Origin: Hemiscyllium ocellatum
Taxonomy: Eukaryota
Assembly: GCF_020745735.1 (NCBI RefSeq)
Contig: NW_026869307.1
Coordinates: 62,001-126,000 of the forward strand
Length of the DNA stretch: 64,000 nucleotides
Reading direction: 5' to 3'
Each line of letters begins with the position of its first letter. Position 1 is the first letter of the stretch. Shown piece after piece: positions 26,344 through 37,978 of the stretch. The notes beneath the pieces were generated by a model. That model made no database searches. It worked only from the letters and a program-made list of their open reading frames with translations, and was not told the origin of the DNA. The translations under genes and the position numbers were made by a program.

Positions 26344-27808
26344 CAAGTGATAGACGGTGACTTATGCTCTTTATTCCTGTTTCCCACCCTCACCCCTACC
26401 ACCCACCCATCCTGTCAGGCAAACAGGATCGTGAGCTTTGAGACTTATGTTCGTTCAAAATCAATCGTTCTATCACTGCTGCCATCCATTAAAAGGACCC
26501 ATAGTATTGTACCTGAACGACATATCACAACCTCACACTTTATTGATACCAAGATGCTGCGTGATAGCACACGAATGTAAATATTGGCCAGCCTTTATAT
26601 CTTGTTTATAAAGGAAAGTCGACAATACTTTTGGCCAAACAAATTCTTTAACAAATTTGTTGACTAGCTCTCCCTAAAGTTGTCTAAACGTTGTAGGAGT
26701 TTGAACCTAGGCACGTGACATGCTCTTGCAGTCTCTTGACTATTTTCTGTTCCCAATCGTTCCTTCGGCTGGAAATAACTTGATTTACAATGCTGGAATC
26801 TTCGGTGTATCTTTGCATTATGCTCTGTTCAGCAATAGCACCTCTCAGCAGAAACCTATGCCTTCACCTTGCTGGACATGGGGAACTGGCACATATTACA
26901 GCGTTGCAATGAAAACTGCACAACCTGGATGGCAGCCAGATGAGCATCAACCAGAGTTCATGTTGATAGCATTGGGCTTTGGGATTGGCTCTAACTGGAC
27001 ATTTCTTTGAGTGGCAAGAACTAAATTATTCTTGTGTTTCAGTAGGTTCCTTCTGTCCGTTTTCTCCAACTAAACTCACCACCCGTAATAAAGGTTTGGT
27101 TAAAACACATTCCTTGGCACTCATATTTATTCTGTATTTTGCTTTTGAATAGAATATGGTCTTATCTTTTATTTTCAGTGGAATAATGGCTCAGCCTCAG
27201 TTGCATTTTAGTAAGGCTTTCACCGTAAAGTGTAGAACTTAGTTGTATCTGTGTGCCTGTTAGGTTTGGCTGTTGTTGCATTGAAAACGATAAACATTAA
27301 ACACGAATGACGCAAAATTAACAGTTTTGGGACAGGTTGCGCACTTGTGGATTCAGCGGAGTTCCTCCTGCTTACCTATCCACTGACCGAGAAGGTCTTA
27401 GGAGATCATGTTTAGTGAATGGTTGTTTTTTGCTTAGCAGTAACAAGTTCCCTAACGGAGCTTAAATTATATTTTTAAACAAACTGCGTGCAACCTAAAT
27501 GTTAATATAGAAATGCATGTTTCAAAATTAGAAAACTTGTCCTGAACTTAGTTTTCAACTTGCGACAAGTTGGAAATGGTTGTGTAAACTTTGCTCTGGG
27601 CGTGGAAAGCTCCCGATGTTAGATTGGTTTTGCAATGGACTCGTCAGCAATTCTTCGATGTAGCATTTCCTAGTAGATACAGATATTTCAAATAGTTGGT
27701 TCTTAGCTTGACTGCAATGAACGTCAATAATGATTGCAGCACGTTTTATGTTATAAAACCAAATACTCCATAGTTCACACAGTAGTATCATCCATCTTCC
27801 CAATATAT

Positions 27809-27949
27809 TTAAATTCTTGCTTTCTTTGCCACCTTTATGCCTGCATATAATGTAGAATTGTCTTGGAGTTTGGGTGTTGATGCTTTCTTGGAACCAGGTA
27901 TTTGCAGGGTGGCATACATCAGATTGTTATCTTCGCTTCCTTTTTTGGT
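27809..27949 (-). CDS. Gene A terminal coding exon with ITIM LMYATL and ITSM-like TLYAGI
   Basis: Acceptor ttttactttcacag. Translation TKKGSEDNNLMYATLQIPGSKKASTPKLQDNSTLYAGIKVAKKARI*. Homologous exon at 60847-60951. Confidence 0.88.
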   Translation of the reverse strand, partial: TKKGSEDNNLMYATLQIPGSKKASTPKLQDNSTLYAGIKVAKKARI

Positions 27950-30900
27950 CTGTGAAAGTAAAATTTAATATCACGCATTATTCCATCATTGACTCTTTGC
28001 TAAACACAGTCATTTTTTAAAATAAAAAGACTTCAGTGGAATTTCCTTTCATCATTTGCCAACTTCAGAGTGTAACAGAGTTTATAATTATTATTAACTG
28101 ATTTCTCTCCACTCTGCAGCTCTGCAGTAAAAGTTCTTGTTATTCTGATTTAAACTTCTCATAAAATAAGCTAGAATATCAGCATTGCCCATTAAAGAAA
28201 GCACGTTATTACTTCAATTAAAATAGCAAATGAATGAATTGTCGGTGTATTAAATGTGTTTGGAATGCTGATATTGCAAAACATCACTTTCGACACCCAA
28301 TTTCTGAGCCGTGACAGCCAATGTGATGTGCTTACCGATTGGATAGGCCTCCAGTTGCAATTCACTACCAGCTTTACCCCCCATTGTTGCTGATTTACCG
28401 AACCCTGGGACCCAGGCGAATATGGTGAGCCTTGGCCGAGATGGTCGGGCCCAGTACAGTATGGGTTAAACCTCTGACCTTTCGATTCCTACAGTTTAGA
28501 TTAGGGCCAAACATCATTGAACGTCTTTTAAAAATGTTAAAGCTTCACTTGATCATAGACGGTAATCTTCTTTGTTTGTTTGGGATTCTTATTTGTCTTG
28601 GTGCTGAATTCGACAGGGTAGGCATAAGGAAGTTTGTTCTGAGTTCCGTACTTTGTCTGTAAAATCGCTATTTGCCACTCTTACCAGTTCAGTTGCTATC
28701 ATTATTACTGCTAGTTCATAAAAGGAAACAATGATAATTTTCATTGCATTCTCACACAAAACTCACAGTAAGACCTAGCTGTCCATTTGATATCTCCCCT
28801 GATTTCTATTTCCAACAAAATCGGCAAAAGAGACATCGACATCAGTTTACTTTTGTCTTTTTAGTCATAGCATAGCATGCAAACAAGGAATAAGAGCACG
28901 GCACTAGGCCCTTCAATCCTGCTCCATCATTCAACAATGTCATGGCCGACTCTGTCAACACTCCATTCAGATTCCCCTCGATAATCTTTCATCTGCTCTA
29001 TCATCGACAATTTATGTACCCCGCCGTAACACATTTAACGTTTCTGCATTTAGTGCCATTTGAAGAAGGCATCTTCAAAGACTTACAACCCTACGACAGA
29101 AACGAAAAATCCTCACCCCTGTCTTAAATAGACAATCATTTACTTTTAAACTTGGCCTTCTACTTTTAGATTCTCCCACAAAAGGAAAGATCCTTTCAGC
29201 ATCCACCATGCCAAATTTGTCAGGATCTTATATATTTCAATTAAGTCACCCCTAACTCTTCTAAACTCCAGAGGTATAGGCCAACTCAATGGTTTATAGC
29301 TTTTGAAAAGGAAGAGAGAAATCAAAATTAACATAGGCCCCGAAGAGGAGGTGGAGAAAAAACATGGGGCAACCAGGAAATGGTAGAATACACTAGCAGC
29401 TTTCTAAGTTATTAAGTATCCAAGGGCAAAAGGAGGAGTGGAATTAAAGAAAATAACTGTCACTGGAGAGGATGCGTCAGGGAAACTAATGGGGCATAAG
29501 ACTAATATGTCCCTTGGACCTGATGCAGTACATTACACAATATCAAGGGAAGAAGATACAGTAGTGGATGCACCAGTAGTAATCTCCCAGAAATCCTTAG
29601 ATTCTGAAAGAAAAACTCCCAGAGGAGTAAAACTTTTCCAAACCAACATCTTTATTTAAAAGGAAATAAGACAAGAAATAGTAATAAATAGGCTAGTTAG
29701 CGAACGCTTGAGTCAATTATAAAGGATGCAGATCATTTCAAAATACATAATATCATCAGAGTCAGCTTGCCTTCATGAAGGGGTAAGCATGTCTGACAAA
29801 CTGACTTTTTTTTTATTGAGGTCAGAAGGAGGGCAGATGAAGCTGAAGCAGTAGATGCAATACTTTTGAATTTTCAGGAGACCTTTACTAAAGTACCACA
29901 AACTAGGTTGCTTTATCAGATTAAAAACCCATGATGTTGCGGGCAGTACATTAACATAGATTTAGGATTGGCGAAGTAATAGAAAACTGAGAGTTGGGAT
30001 AGAGTGGTAGGGCATTTTCAGAATGGAAACCTGGAACTTCTGGTGTGACACAGGGATTAGTGCTGGGGTCAAAAGGTTTCCAATTATATATATTTATATA
30101 TATTACATTTAGATGTAGCAAGTGAATGTACAGTGGCCGAGTTTATGGTTAACATTAAAGTAGGCTGGGTGATGAGAATTACACAAAAATCTTTAGAGGG
30201 ATTTAGCCCGATTACGTGAATGGGCAAAGATTTGGCAGATGGGGTATAATGTGGGAAAATGTGAGATTTATACACTTTAGCAGAATGAATGGAGGGAACG
30301 AATATTCTTTAAGTGCAGAAAGCCTGCAGAATGCTATGGAGCAGAGGGATTTTGGAGTCCCAATTCGTGAATCACAAAAAGCTAGCACTCACTTACAACA
30401 GGCAATAGAGAAGGCAAATGGAATGCTGACCTTTATTTCAGTGAGAATGGAATATAAAAGGCAGGGATATTTGCCAACACTATACGAGGCACGAGCTAGA
30501 TCATAGCTGAAATACTGTGAACAGTTTTCTGACCCTTATCTCAGAAAAAGGTGTATTGGCATTGCAGGCAGTCCAGAGAAAGTTCACTGGGCTGGTATCA
30601 GATCAGAAGGAAGTCTCTTATGAGGACATGTTAAGATGGCTTGGCCTGTACTCATTGGAATTTAGAAGAATGAGGGGTGACTTGACTGAAACACACAATA
30701 TGCTTAGGATAATTAACGAGGTAGATGTGGAGAGTTTGTTTCCCATGTGAGAGTCTAGGACCAGAGGGCACATTCTCAGAATAAGTGATTGCACCTTTAA
30801 AATAGAAGAAGGAATTTCTTCTATCAGAGGTTAGGGAATCTATGAAAGTATTTATGACACAAGTTTGGATTATTAATGTTGGGTTATTAAAAACATTCAA

Positions 30901-33900
30901 ACTATTCATTTACTGACTAAAACTATATTTTAGGCTTGAATATAGATTTTTAGTCTGTAAAGAAATAAAATGTGAAAGGAAAGGGGCAGGGTTATGGAAT
31001 AGAGGTTTGTAAGATCAATTTTCAATTCCTTGGATGGTGGAGCAGACTGGATGGTCTAAATGGCTTAGCTCTCTTTTGTTATTTCATTCATAATTAGTGG
31101 ACATCATTGGCTAGGCCAGCATTCATTCTCCACCCCTAACTGAACCAGAGGGAAGTTGAGAGTCAACCACATTGCTGTGACTCTGGATTGACAAGTAAGG
31201 CAAATCAGGTCAAGATGGCAGATTTCCTTCCCTGAAGACCGTGTCTTATGGTCATGAGATCACACAAGGGAATCTGCTCATTTCCGGTATTAGTCTAGTA
31301 AACCTTGCCTGAACTACTTTCAATGTCCTTCCATCAAAAGGGTGACCAGTATTGTACGCAGTGATAAAGAATTGCTCCTATCAATCCCTTGCATTCATGA
31401 AATAGGGAGCTGTTCTTCTGATAACAATTCACGACAGTTTGCATGATCAATGTTTACTGAAATTAGCTTTGCATTCCAGATTTTTCGATTGAATTAATTT
31501 CCATTAGCTGCCCTAGTGAGATTTAAACCGATGTCCCCATACTATTAACATTGGCAACTGAATATCTGCCGCTTGTTCTGTTTTATCAAGTCAAAGGTAC
31601 AGCACCCCCTTCCCTTACTGTACAGTGTCTTTTTTTAAACGACTCCATTATCGCAATGACAAAGTGAAAGTGAGGACTGTTGATGCAGGAGGTCAGAGTC
31701 GAGAAGTGTAGCGGTGAAAAAGCACAGCAGGTCAACCAGCATTGGAGGCTCAGGAGTGAAGATATTTGCCGAGACATCGACTCTCCTGCTTCAGTGATGC
31801 TGCGTGACTTGCTGTGCTTTTCCAGCACCAAACTTTTCGACTCCATTATCACAATGTTGATGTTGTATGGGAGTGGCGTGGATATTTTGTTCTTGACAAT
31901 TCTGGCAGCATACCTGGGAATAGTCAGTATTTTCTTCCGCGCGTCTGTGTTTGGAGAATCCTTTGTTGGCTTTCAATTTTACTGCAGCAGAGGCGGCGTT
32001 TTCTTCAGATGGTGCTTTTCTAAGCTAGAAAATAAGATATGAAATATCGATAGAAGCGTGTTTGATTTTACAGCCAGCCATCGCCAACTGGAACTGAACA
32101 ATAGAATATTAACGTGCACACAGTAGTTAATCAAACAACCTAGAAATTGCATTCTGTCAACTCTCAATGATTTGCATCGAATATCTCACCAATGTGGTTG
32201 GGAGTAATGTTCTAAATATGAAACCCAGAGCATTCAAGGCATTTACCTACAATTTAACATACAGCTGACGAAAAATAGACATTCATTAATTCCTTGTTTA
32301 TCTCTAGGACTCTTCAACCTTGTTGTGGCCTCGGCAGTTTCCTTTTTCCATAATTAACCCAATCTATTAGAAGATCAGACAGCGAAGCCTTTGGCTGTTC
32401 TCCTTATACTTCTGGAATCTTGCATCCTCTGACTGGCAACCAACAATTAGATTTCTGGCAAAAATTCTCCCCAAGCACGTCTACAGCCATTATTTCCTCT
32501 CCCTCAGAAACTAGGAAACAGCCTGCCCCCAGCACTGCTAACAAAGGAATATAATACAGAAAGACCTGAGATTTTATGTCCCACACTACTTGAGGAAGAT
32601 GCCGTGGTTTCGAGAGGACATAACAGAGATTTACTAGAAGGGTCCACCGTTCAGGGATGTCAATGATGTTTAGAAGCCTGGACATGATGTTTTACATAGA
32701 TCAGTTACGTTTAAGGGGAGATTTAACTTAAATGTCTAACATGTTGAGAAATTGTGATGGAATAAATTAGGATAAACTATTTTCATTGGCTGGATGTTTG
32801 AGATTTAGGTGACAAGATTCGTTTTCATTGGTAAATAATCTGGGGAGTATGTTTGTTCTGCAACCCAGTGAGCGCCTGCAAACTGACAGAGTGACAGGAA
32901 GAATTCGATAGGAACTTTCAAAAAGAGAACTGGTTTGACACGAAAAATGTAATAAACAGGAAAATAGCACGAGACCGGAACAAATTGATTAATTGCCTCA
33001 TAGATGCAGTAGAGGTTCTAACTCTTCATCCCGGGCACTGTAATTCTCTGTTCTGTGAAATCTAAGTAATTTCGACCGAACGCAAAATCATTGCTATCCT
33101 TTCCACGCACCCACCTCTTAGTTGTTTGGAATATAATGAATATTATCTCCTTACCGGTTGGCTATTTTGATTTGCTTCCACCGAATTTCTCCCTCTGCCT
33201 AATAGAAAGCAAAGTAATATACCATGAGTGACAGAATCACTTATTCAATGTTGTCTTCGCTGCAAGAAACGTTTAATTTCTATATATAGTTCAGAAATCT
33301 AGTTGGACAATGTTCAGCAGCATCAAGCTCATTATGCTGTGTTTTACCTGCTCACTGCTCTCATCGCGCTTCCCCCAATGACGCAGAGTCAGTCACTATG
33401 TGACAGTGCAAGTGCAAGTTGGCATCTTATTTAATCTTACAAAATTAGAATGGAAATAAAATCTGCGGATGTGCATATCTGTTTGTGAGTTCGAAAACGC
33501 CCACTTAACCTTAATGCCAAATGCCAAAATTCACTTCGAAAAATGTTTCCTTCTCAGGAAAGAGGACCTCCACTGAACTATAATAGAGGACACTCAAAAT
33601 TTCGATTGCAGCAGCATGGAGGTGAATAAACCGAGTGTATAGTTCGAATAAGAAGGTGAAATATTTGCTTTTCAAATACGGTTAGCTCCTCATATCCACA
33701 ATTTAAAGTCAGACCTTTGACTTCTCACCTGCTCTCTATGCTTCTTACACTGGGGTTATGGAAATAAAAAGTATACAGTGAAATAAGAAAGATTCTTACC
33801 AGCTGATGCTTTCAATTTGAGTATCAAGAAAATGCTTATGATTAGTATCATCGTCAATGCCCCTCCTGCACCTCCAATAATCATCAGACGATTGAAATCT

Positions 33901-36900
33901 TCACCTACAGAATCAACACGTGATGGAAGTGAACATGTGTGGAACACAGGAGTGACATATGCAGAGCATAATGCACAGGATGATAAATTGCAAAGGTGTT
34001 TCCCAGGATAACCCAACTGTTAACCAAATTGGACCGTTTTAATTTTGTTGGGAAAACCTGTACAAGGTCCTTAATTTGCATCTGACCCAATGAGTTGCAG
34101 CTCAGCTATGTATTTTATGGAGAAAACAAATATAATGACTTAACGGTGTGAGAAACTTCATCTGCATAGGAACACTGCTTGCTCTGAGTAAAGGAAGTTG
34201 TACTTGCTCATTCATAGAATCCTAGAAGAATCATAGAATCCCTATAGTGTGGAAACAGGTTATTTGGCCCAACAAGCCCACACCGATCCCCTGAAAAGTA
34301 TTGCAGCCAGACCCTATTGCTCTCCATTTCCCCGAATGATGCACGAAATCTACACATTTCTTAACACTATGGGCAATTTAGCTTGGCCAATTCATCTAAC
34401 TTGCACATTTTTGAACTGGGGGAAGAAACCGAAGCACCCGGAGGAAACCTGCACAGACTCGGGGAGAATGTGCAAACTCCATAGTCGCCGGAGGCTGTAA
34501 GTGAAGCCGGTTTTTTTGGTGAATCAACATTGTGAACCACCGAGCCACCATGCTGCAATTTCGGATCTTCCCCACACCACACACCCCATTCCCTATTAGA
34601 TATATTTTCAATCTTACCTCGATTAAAGGTGTAGCTGACGCTGGTGGGCACCTTAAGACAAGCATGAGATACCAGACAGGTATAAACTACACCATTCTGC
34701 ACAGGCTGTGCATCTTCCAATGAACTAGTAACCTCATAAAGTCCATCCACAGTCTTGTTTTTCACAGTCTCTATTCCAATATGAATTTTCAAACCATCTC
34801 TTAACCAAGAGATTCCTAATTCCTCTGGGTAAAATGCAGTCGTTTTGCATTCGAATTTCAAATAGTTCTCTGAAATCCCTTTTATGGGAACGATTTTCTG
34901 GAGTTTCGGAGGAACTATAACAGAAAATCAAACCTTTTAAAATAATAATTTTCATTCTCTTTTTTTCACCCTTCGCACTCGACCCGTTTCGGCACCCCAT
35001 GTAATGCTGTTCCATTACTAACGTGACAACAGTTTTCCTTGTTATTCTGTTTGAAACTTGGTATTTTGCACTTATTTTTAAAAATGCTCGGCAAAATGTT
35101 TGGATCATTTGCAAACGATGCACAACGAGCATAAACATGGGTAGAAAAACTTTAATGAAATGCAGCTATCATAATCCTCGGGGTTTAGCTTTATGTAAGT
35201 GAATTCGGTTTGTTGAACCTTTTTTGGAAGACATTCTACCTGGAGGTAACACACGAATTAGGAGCTGAAGTAGGACAGTCAATGGGTATCTCCATCCTGG
35301 AGGCTCCCTGCCTCCATTCCTGATGAAGGGCTTTTGCCCTCTCTAATCTAAACTTTGGTTTACACCATCTGCAGTCCTCACTTTTGCCCAGCCAATGGCT
35401 TGTCAATTCAGGCATTTGAGCCTGATCCAACAGTTAATGTGACCTTCTCTGAGTTCTTTCTGTTCCTGATTGGCATTCCCGGTTTGGTCTGAAACCCTTT
35501 TTTGAAGTTTCAATTCTACATTATTCAAGTGACGTTGTGTCCTCTCCATCTACAAGCGGTGCTTAGCTGCGAGCTGATCTCCTGTTATAACTTTTATTGC
35601 ATCGAAAGAATAAGCTACAATCACGAGCGCAAACGTCTTTTGGCATGTTTGCTGCTGCCCTTACTTCATTTTGCCTGCTATGCCTACATCAGAGAGTATC
35701 CATTTGGCAAACCGCAGGGGGTCAAACAGAGGCAATGGGCAACTTCACTGCCTTACAGCTTTAGGATTGTGGATAGAATCCAGCGTTGAGGGCAACATCA
35801 ACACTTGCTGTCTCACTGAATCATGTGATTCATTTGTTAAAACAAGCATTGGCATTTCAAGCATGTTAAAGTGGGAAAATGCGCACCTGAAACACTAAGC
35901 AATTCCATTCTTGAACTTACTCTGCCATTCACTTAGGTTATGGTTGAACTGTACCTCAACTCCATTTGTCCGGTTTTATTCAATTTCCTTTATCCCCAGG
36001 ATTAAGTTTACTCGATGTTGATCTCCAAGTTTGAAGGATTTGCGACAGAATAGTTTGATCGGCAATTTGGGGTCAAAACATTATCTTGTGTCTGTTGAAT
36101 ATTAATGGCCGTGGGTATGTTATCATTCACCTTAATTTGACGTGAATGCATATTGTCGATGCTGATTAGATGGTCTTTATGATCTTGTATCAAAGCTGTT
36201 GGAGCTGTTAAAATTATTCTTCTGAAAGATTACGACCTGAAATGTTAATTGTGTTATTGATCAACAAGGAAGTACAAAAGTATCAGAGCGGACAGGAAAA
36301 TGCAGTTGAGACCATAATCAGATCAGCCATAATGTTGATGAGTGGCTAAGTAAACACAAGGGATGAATGGTCTACTCTTGCTTCTAATTCTTATGGTCGT
36401 ATTACCAAGTAGATGTTCAGACATATTTCAAGTCATTTCTGTTCATATTCCAACTTTTCAAAATCTGTAGTACATTGTTTTGTTTTCTTTTTGGTTCTGT
36501 TGTCACAGTTTAGTACCATTATTTTGGTTAGAAGTAAACTGTGCGTTTTGCCTCATGATATAAAAGACAGAAAGTGCTAGATAAACTGAGTAGGTCTGGC
36601 ATCATAAGAACATAATAAATAGTTGCAGTGGTAGGCCATTTGACCCTCTAAGCCTTCTCTGCCATTCAATAAGCTTATCGCTTTCTTGGACTCAGCTCCA
36701 CTTCCCCGCCCTTTCACCTTTACTTTCTTTAATGTTCAAAAATCTAAGTGTCTTTGCCTTAAAAACATTCCTCGAGCGTAGCTCCAGTGCTTCACTGGAA
36801 AGGGAATTCCTCAGATTCACAACCATTTGAGTGAAGAAGTTGGACCTCAACTCAGTCCTAAATCTGTTCCCCCTAATTTTGAGGCTATGTGTGAAGTGAA

Positions 36901-37978
36901 AGGAGAGTTAACGTTTCCTGGTCCAGTGACCTTCCTTCAGAAACGTTCTAAAGGATAGTTGAATGCTAAACGTTAGCGCGCACAGATGCTGCCAGAACTG
37001 CTAAGTTTTTCCAGCAATTTCTAGTTTTGTTTCAGATTTCCAGAATGCACATTTTTTTGTTTTATCTTATTGCATGAATTAATTTCATCGTAAAATTTGA
37101 ACAGTTATCCCATTTCACTATCTTGACGCAAGATCAACTACTTCTGCCCCAAAAAGGCACTCATTGAACTAATAACACTGTGCAATGTCATGATCACAAT
37201 GAGCAGTGGAATTGACATTGAGAAATGGCGTAAGACGTACGAAATCTAATCAACAGCCTTTGTACAGCGAGGTCATTGGGGAAGAGATCCCCTACAATGT
37301 GAAGCAAATACTCTGTAACCGAGTTTTCTCTAATTATTAAAGCTCAGATCACATGAATTGCATAAAACAGCTGAATAGTTGTTTGTCCTGGGTGCAGTGC
37401 CACTTACCGCACACTGTCAGCAATGAGCCGCTTTCCGCTCCATGGGTGGCTTGCTGATGCTTTACTTTACAATGATACATTCCAGAATCTGTAAATGTGA
37501 CGTTGAGAATGTGAAGCGAGCCTCTTCCTTTCTGGACGTGAAAACGCTTTCTGTTGTCTGGTTCCAGAAACGATTCCTCGTTGTGTCTCCACCAAAATAT
37601 TTCAGGAACATGTTCAAATATTGGAAATGTGCAGAACATGGAAACATTGTCACCTCTCGCCGCCTCTAAGAATTTGGGAAACTGATGTACTTTGCTCGAA
37701 GTTACTTTAGTGACTACTGAAAAAAAAAGTAAAACCATGATACTAGCTGTAGACAGCTGACATGAAATAACCTCGGGAGGAGTAAAACATGCAAACAATT
37801 GAGAACAATCGCACGCATCAAATTGGAGAAGCAAGACATCAAACTTTGCAATTCACGGAAGTTGTAAATATGAAATAAAATCTAGGTTACTCTAAAAGGG
37901 CAATTCGTAACATATAGGAGTACCTGGCCAAGCCATACGCAGAAGAGCCATGAACAGAACCGCTGCTCTCACCGACAT
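27809..37978 (-). CDS. Gene A: multi-exon type I membrane Ig-superfamily receptor (leader-V-C1-TM-long tail with ITIM and ITSM-like motif), SIRP/NKp30-like architecture, about 404-417 aa
   Basis: Exons 37978-37924, 37716-37408, 34914-34618, 33904-33800, 33198-33155, 32024-31914, (28805-28767), 28488-28336, 27949-27809. All have AG/GT boundaries and compatible phases (1,1,1,1,0,0,0,0), giving one uninterrupted frame of 1254 nt with the optional 39-nt exon. Exact family name is not assignable without a search. Confidence 0.85.
28336..28488 (-). CDS. Gene A exon: cytoplasmic 4 (ESKGQRFNPYCTG...WRPIQS)
   Basis: Donor ATCG|gtaagc, acceptor aaactgtag, 153 nt. The only open frame ends in phase 0. 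Homologous to 61326-61460. Confidence 0.7.
28767..28805 (-). CDS. Gene A candidate exon: cytoplasmic 3 (KSGEISNGQLGLT), optional
   Basis: 39 nt phase 0/0, good donor ACT|gtgagt, weaker acceptor ttttgttggaaatag. The gene stays in frame without it. Confidence 0.45.
28870..31060. mobile_element. CR1 fragments in a gene A intron (minus 3' piece 28870-29280; plus RT/3' piece 29290-31060)
   Basis: LEFRRVRGDLIEIYK and LYSLEFRRMRGDLTETH motifs. Confidence 0.75.
31080..31520 (-). mobile_element. DeuSINE/SacSINE-like or L2-tail-sharing SINE remnant
   Basis: Reverse complement contains GAAGGAAATCTGCCATC...CAGCAATGTGGTTGACTCTCAAC; the family assignment is from memory. Confidence 0.45.
31914..32024 (-). 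CDS. Gene A exon: cytoplasmic 2 (LRKAPSEE...EENTDYSQ)
   Basis: Acceptor atcttattttctag, donor CAG|gtatgc, 111 nt phase 0/0, open frame. Confidence 0.75.
33155..33198 (-). CDS. Gene A exon: cytoplasmic 1 (GRGRNSVEANQNSQP)
   Basis: Acceptor ctttgctttctattag, donor CCG|gtaagg. 44 nt converts phase 1 to phase 0 as the downstream exons require. Confidence 0.8.
33800..33904 (-). CDS. Gene A exon: transmembrane (GEDFNRLMIIGGAGGALTMILIISIFLILKLKASA)
   Basis: 105 nt phase 1/1. Acceptor ctgtag is conserved with the paralog at 9381; donor GCTG|gtaaga. Hydrophobic core has no charged residue. Confidence 0.9.
34211..34557 (-). mobile_element. HE1-type SINE in the C1-TM intron of gene A
   Basis: Same body as 3634-3918, ATTCTATG-type tail. 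Confidence 0.85.
34618..34914 (-). CDS. Gene A exon: C1-set Ig domain
   Basis: Acceptor ttttctgttatag, donor CGAG|gtaaga, 297 nt phase 1/1. C1 motifs CKTTAFYPEELGISWLRDG, DGLYEVTSSL, YTCLVSH. Confidence 0.95.
37408..37716 (-). CDS. Gene A exon: V-set Ig domain
   Basis: Acceptor tttttttttcag, donor TGCG|gtaagt, 309 nt phase 1/1. B-strand Cys (MFCTF), C-strand Trp (IFWWR), DSGMYHC, J-like end GAESGSLLTV. Confidence 0.95.
37924..37978 (-). CDS. Gene A exon: signal peptide (MSVRAAVLFMALLRMAWP)
   Basis: ATG plus 55 nt hydrophobic stretch, donor CCAG|gtac, phase 1 matches the V exon. Confidence 0.8.

Larger units (their letters stand above)
11670..28500. repeat. Segmental duplication copy 1 (paralogous to about 44785-61460)
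   Basis: Collinear matches read by eye: 11760/44876, 12262/45013, 12590/45340, 14830/47170, 17400/50060, 24420/50730, 24860/52380, 26450/53590, 27550/54620, 27950/60950, 28450/61440. Confidence 0.9.

Noticed and set aside
26720-27010. Plus-strand 96-aa ORF with an apparent in-frame paralog at 53901-54152
   Set aside because: The similarity is explained by the segmental duplication, the frames diverge by frameshift in the 3' half, and there is no known motif.
28685-28710. Donor-like ACTG|gtaaga at 28684
   Set aside because: No acceptor gives an open phase-0 exon, and spacing from the 28767 donor is too short.
32247-32264. 18-nt AG/GT-bounded segment LYVKL*
   Set aside because: In-frame stop followed by a donor, no paralog support; probably chance.
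33729-33749. 21-nt candidate exon CKKHREQ with good AG/GT
   Set aside because: The intron from the TM donor would be only 50 nt, and in phase 1 it reads GTG TAA. The 44-nt exon at 33155-33198 fits instead.
33756-33799. TM donor read-through giving GKNLSYFTVYFLFP* with an ITIM-like LSYFTV
   Set aside because: T-rich intron sequence behind a strong donor; the homologous read-through in module C has no Tyr.
37380-37430. Possible recombination signal sequence at the V exon 3' end
   Set aside because: GACAGTG lies inside the coding exon, no nonamer is at 12/23 spacing, and the exon has its own G strand and splice donor.
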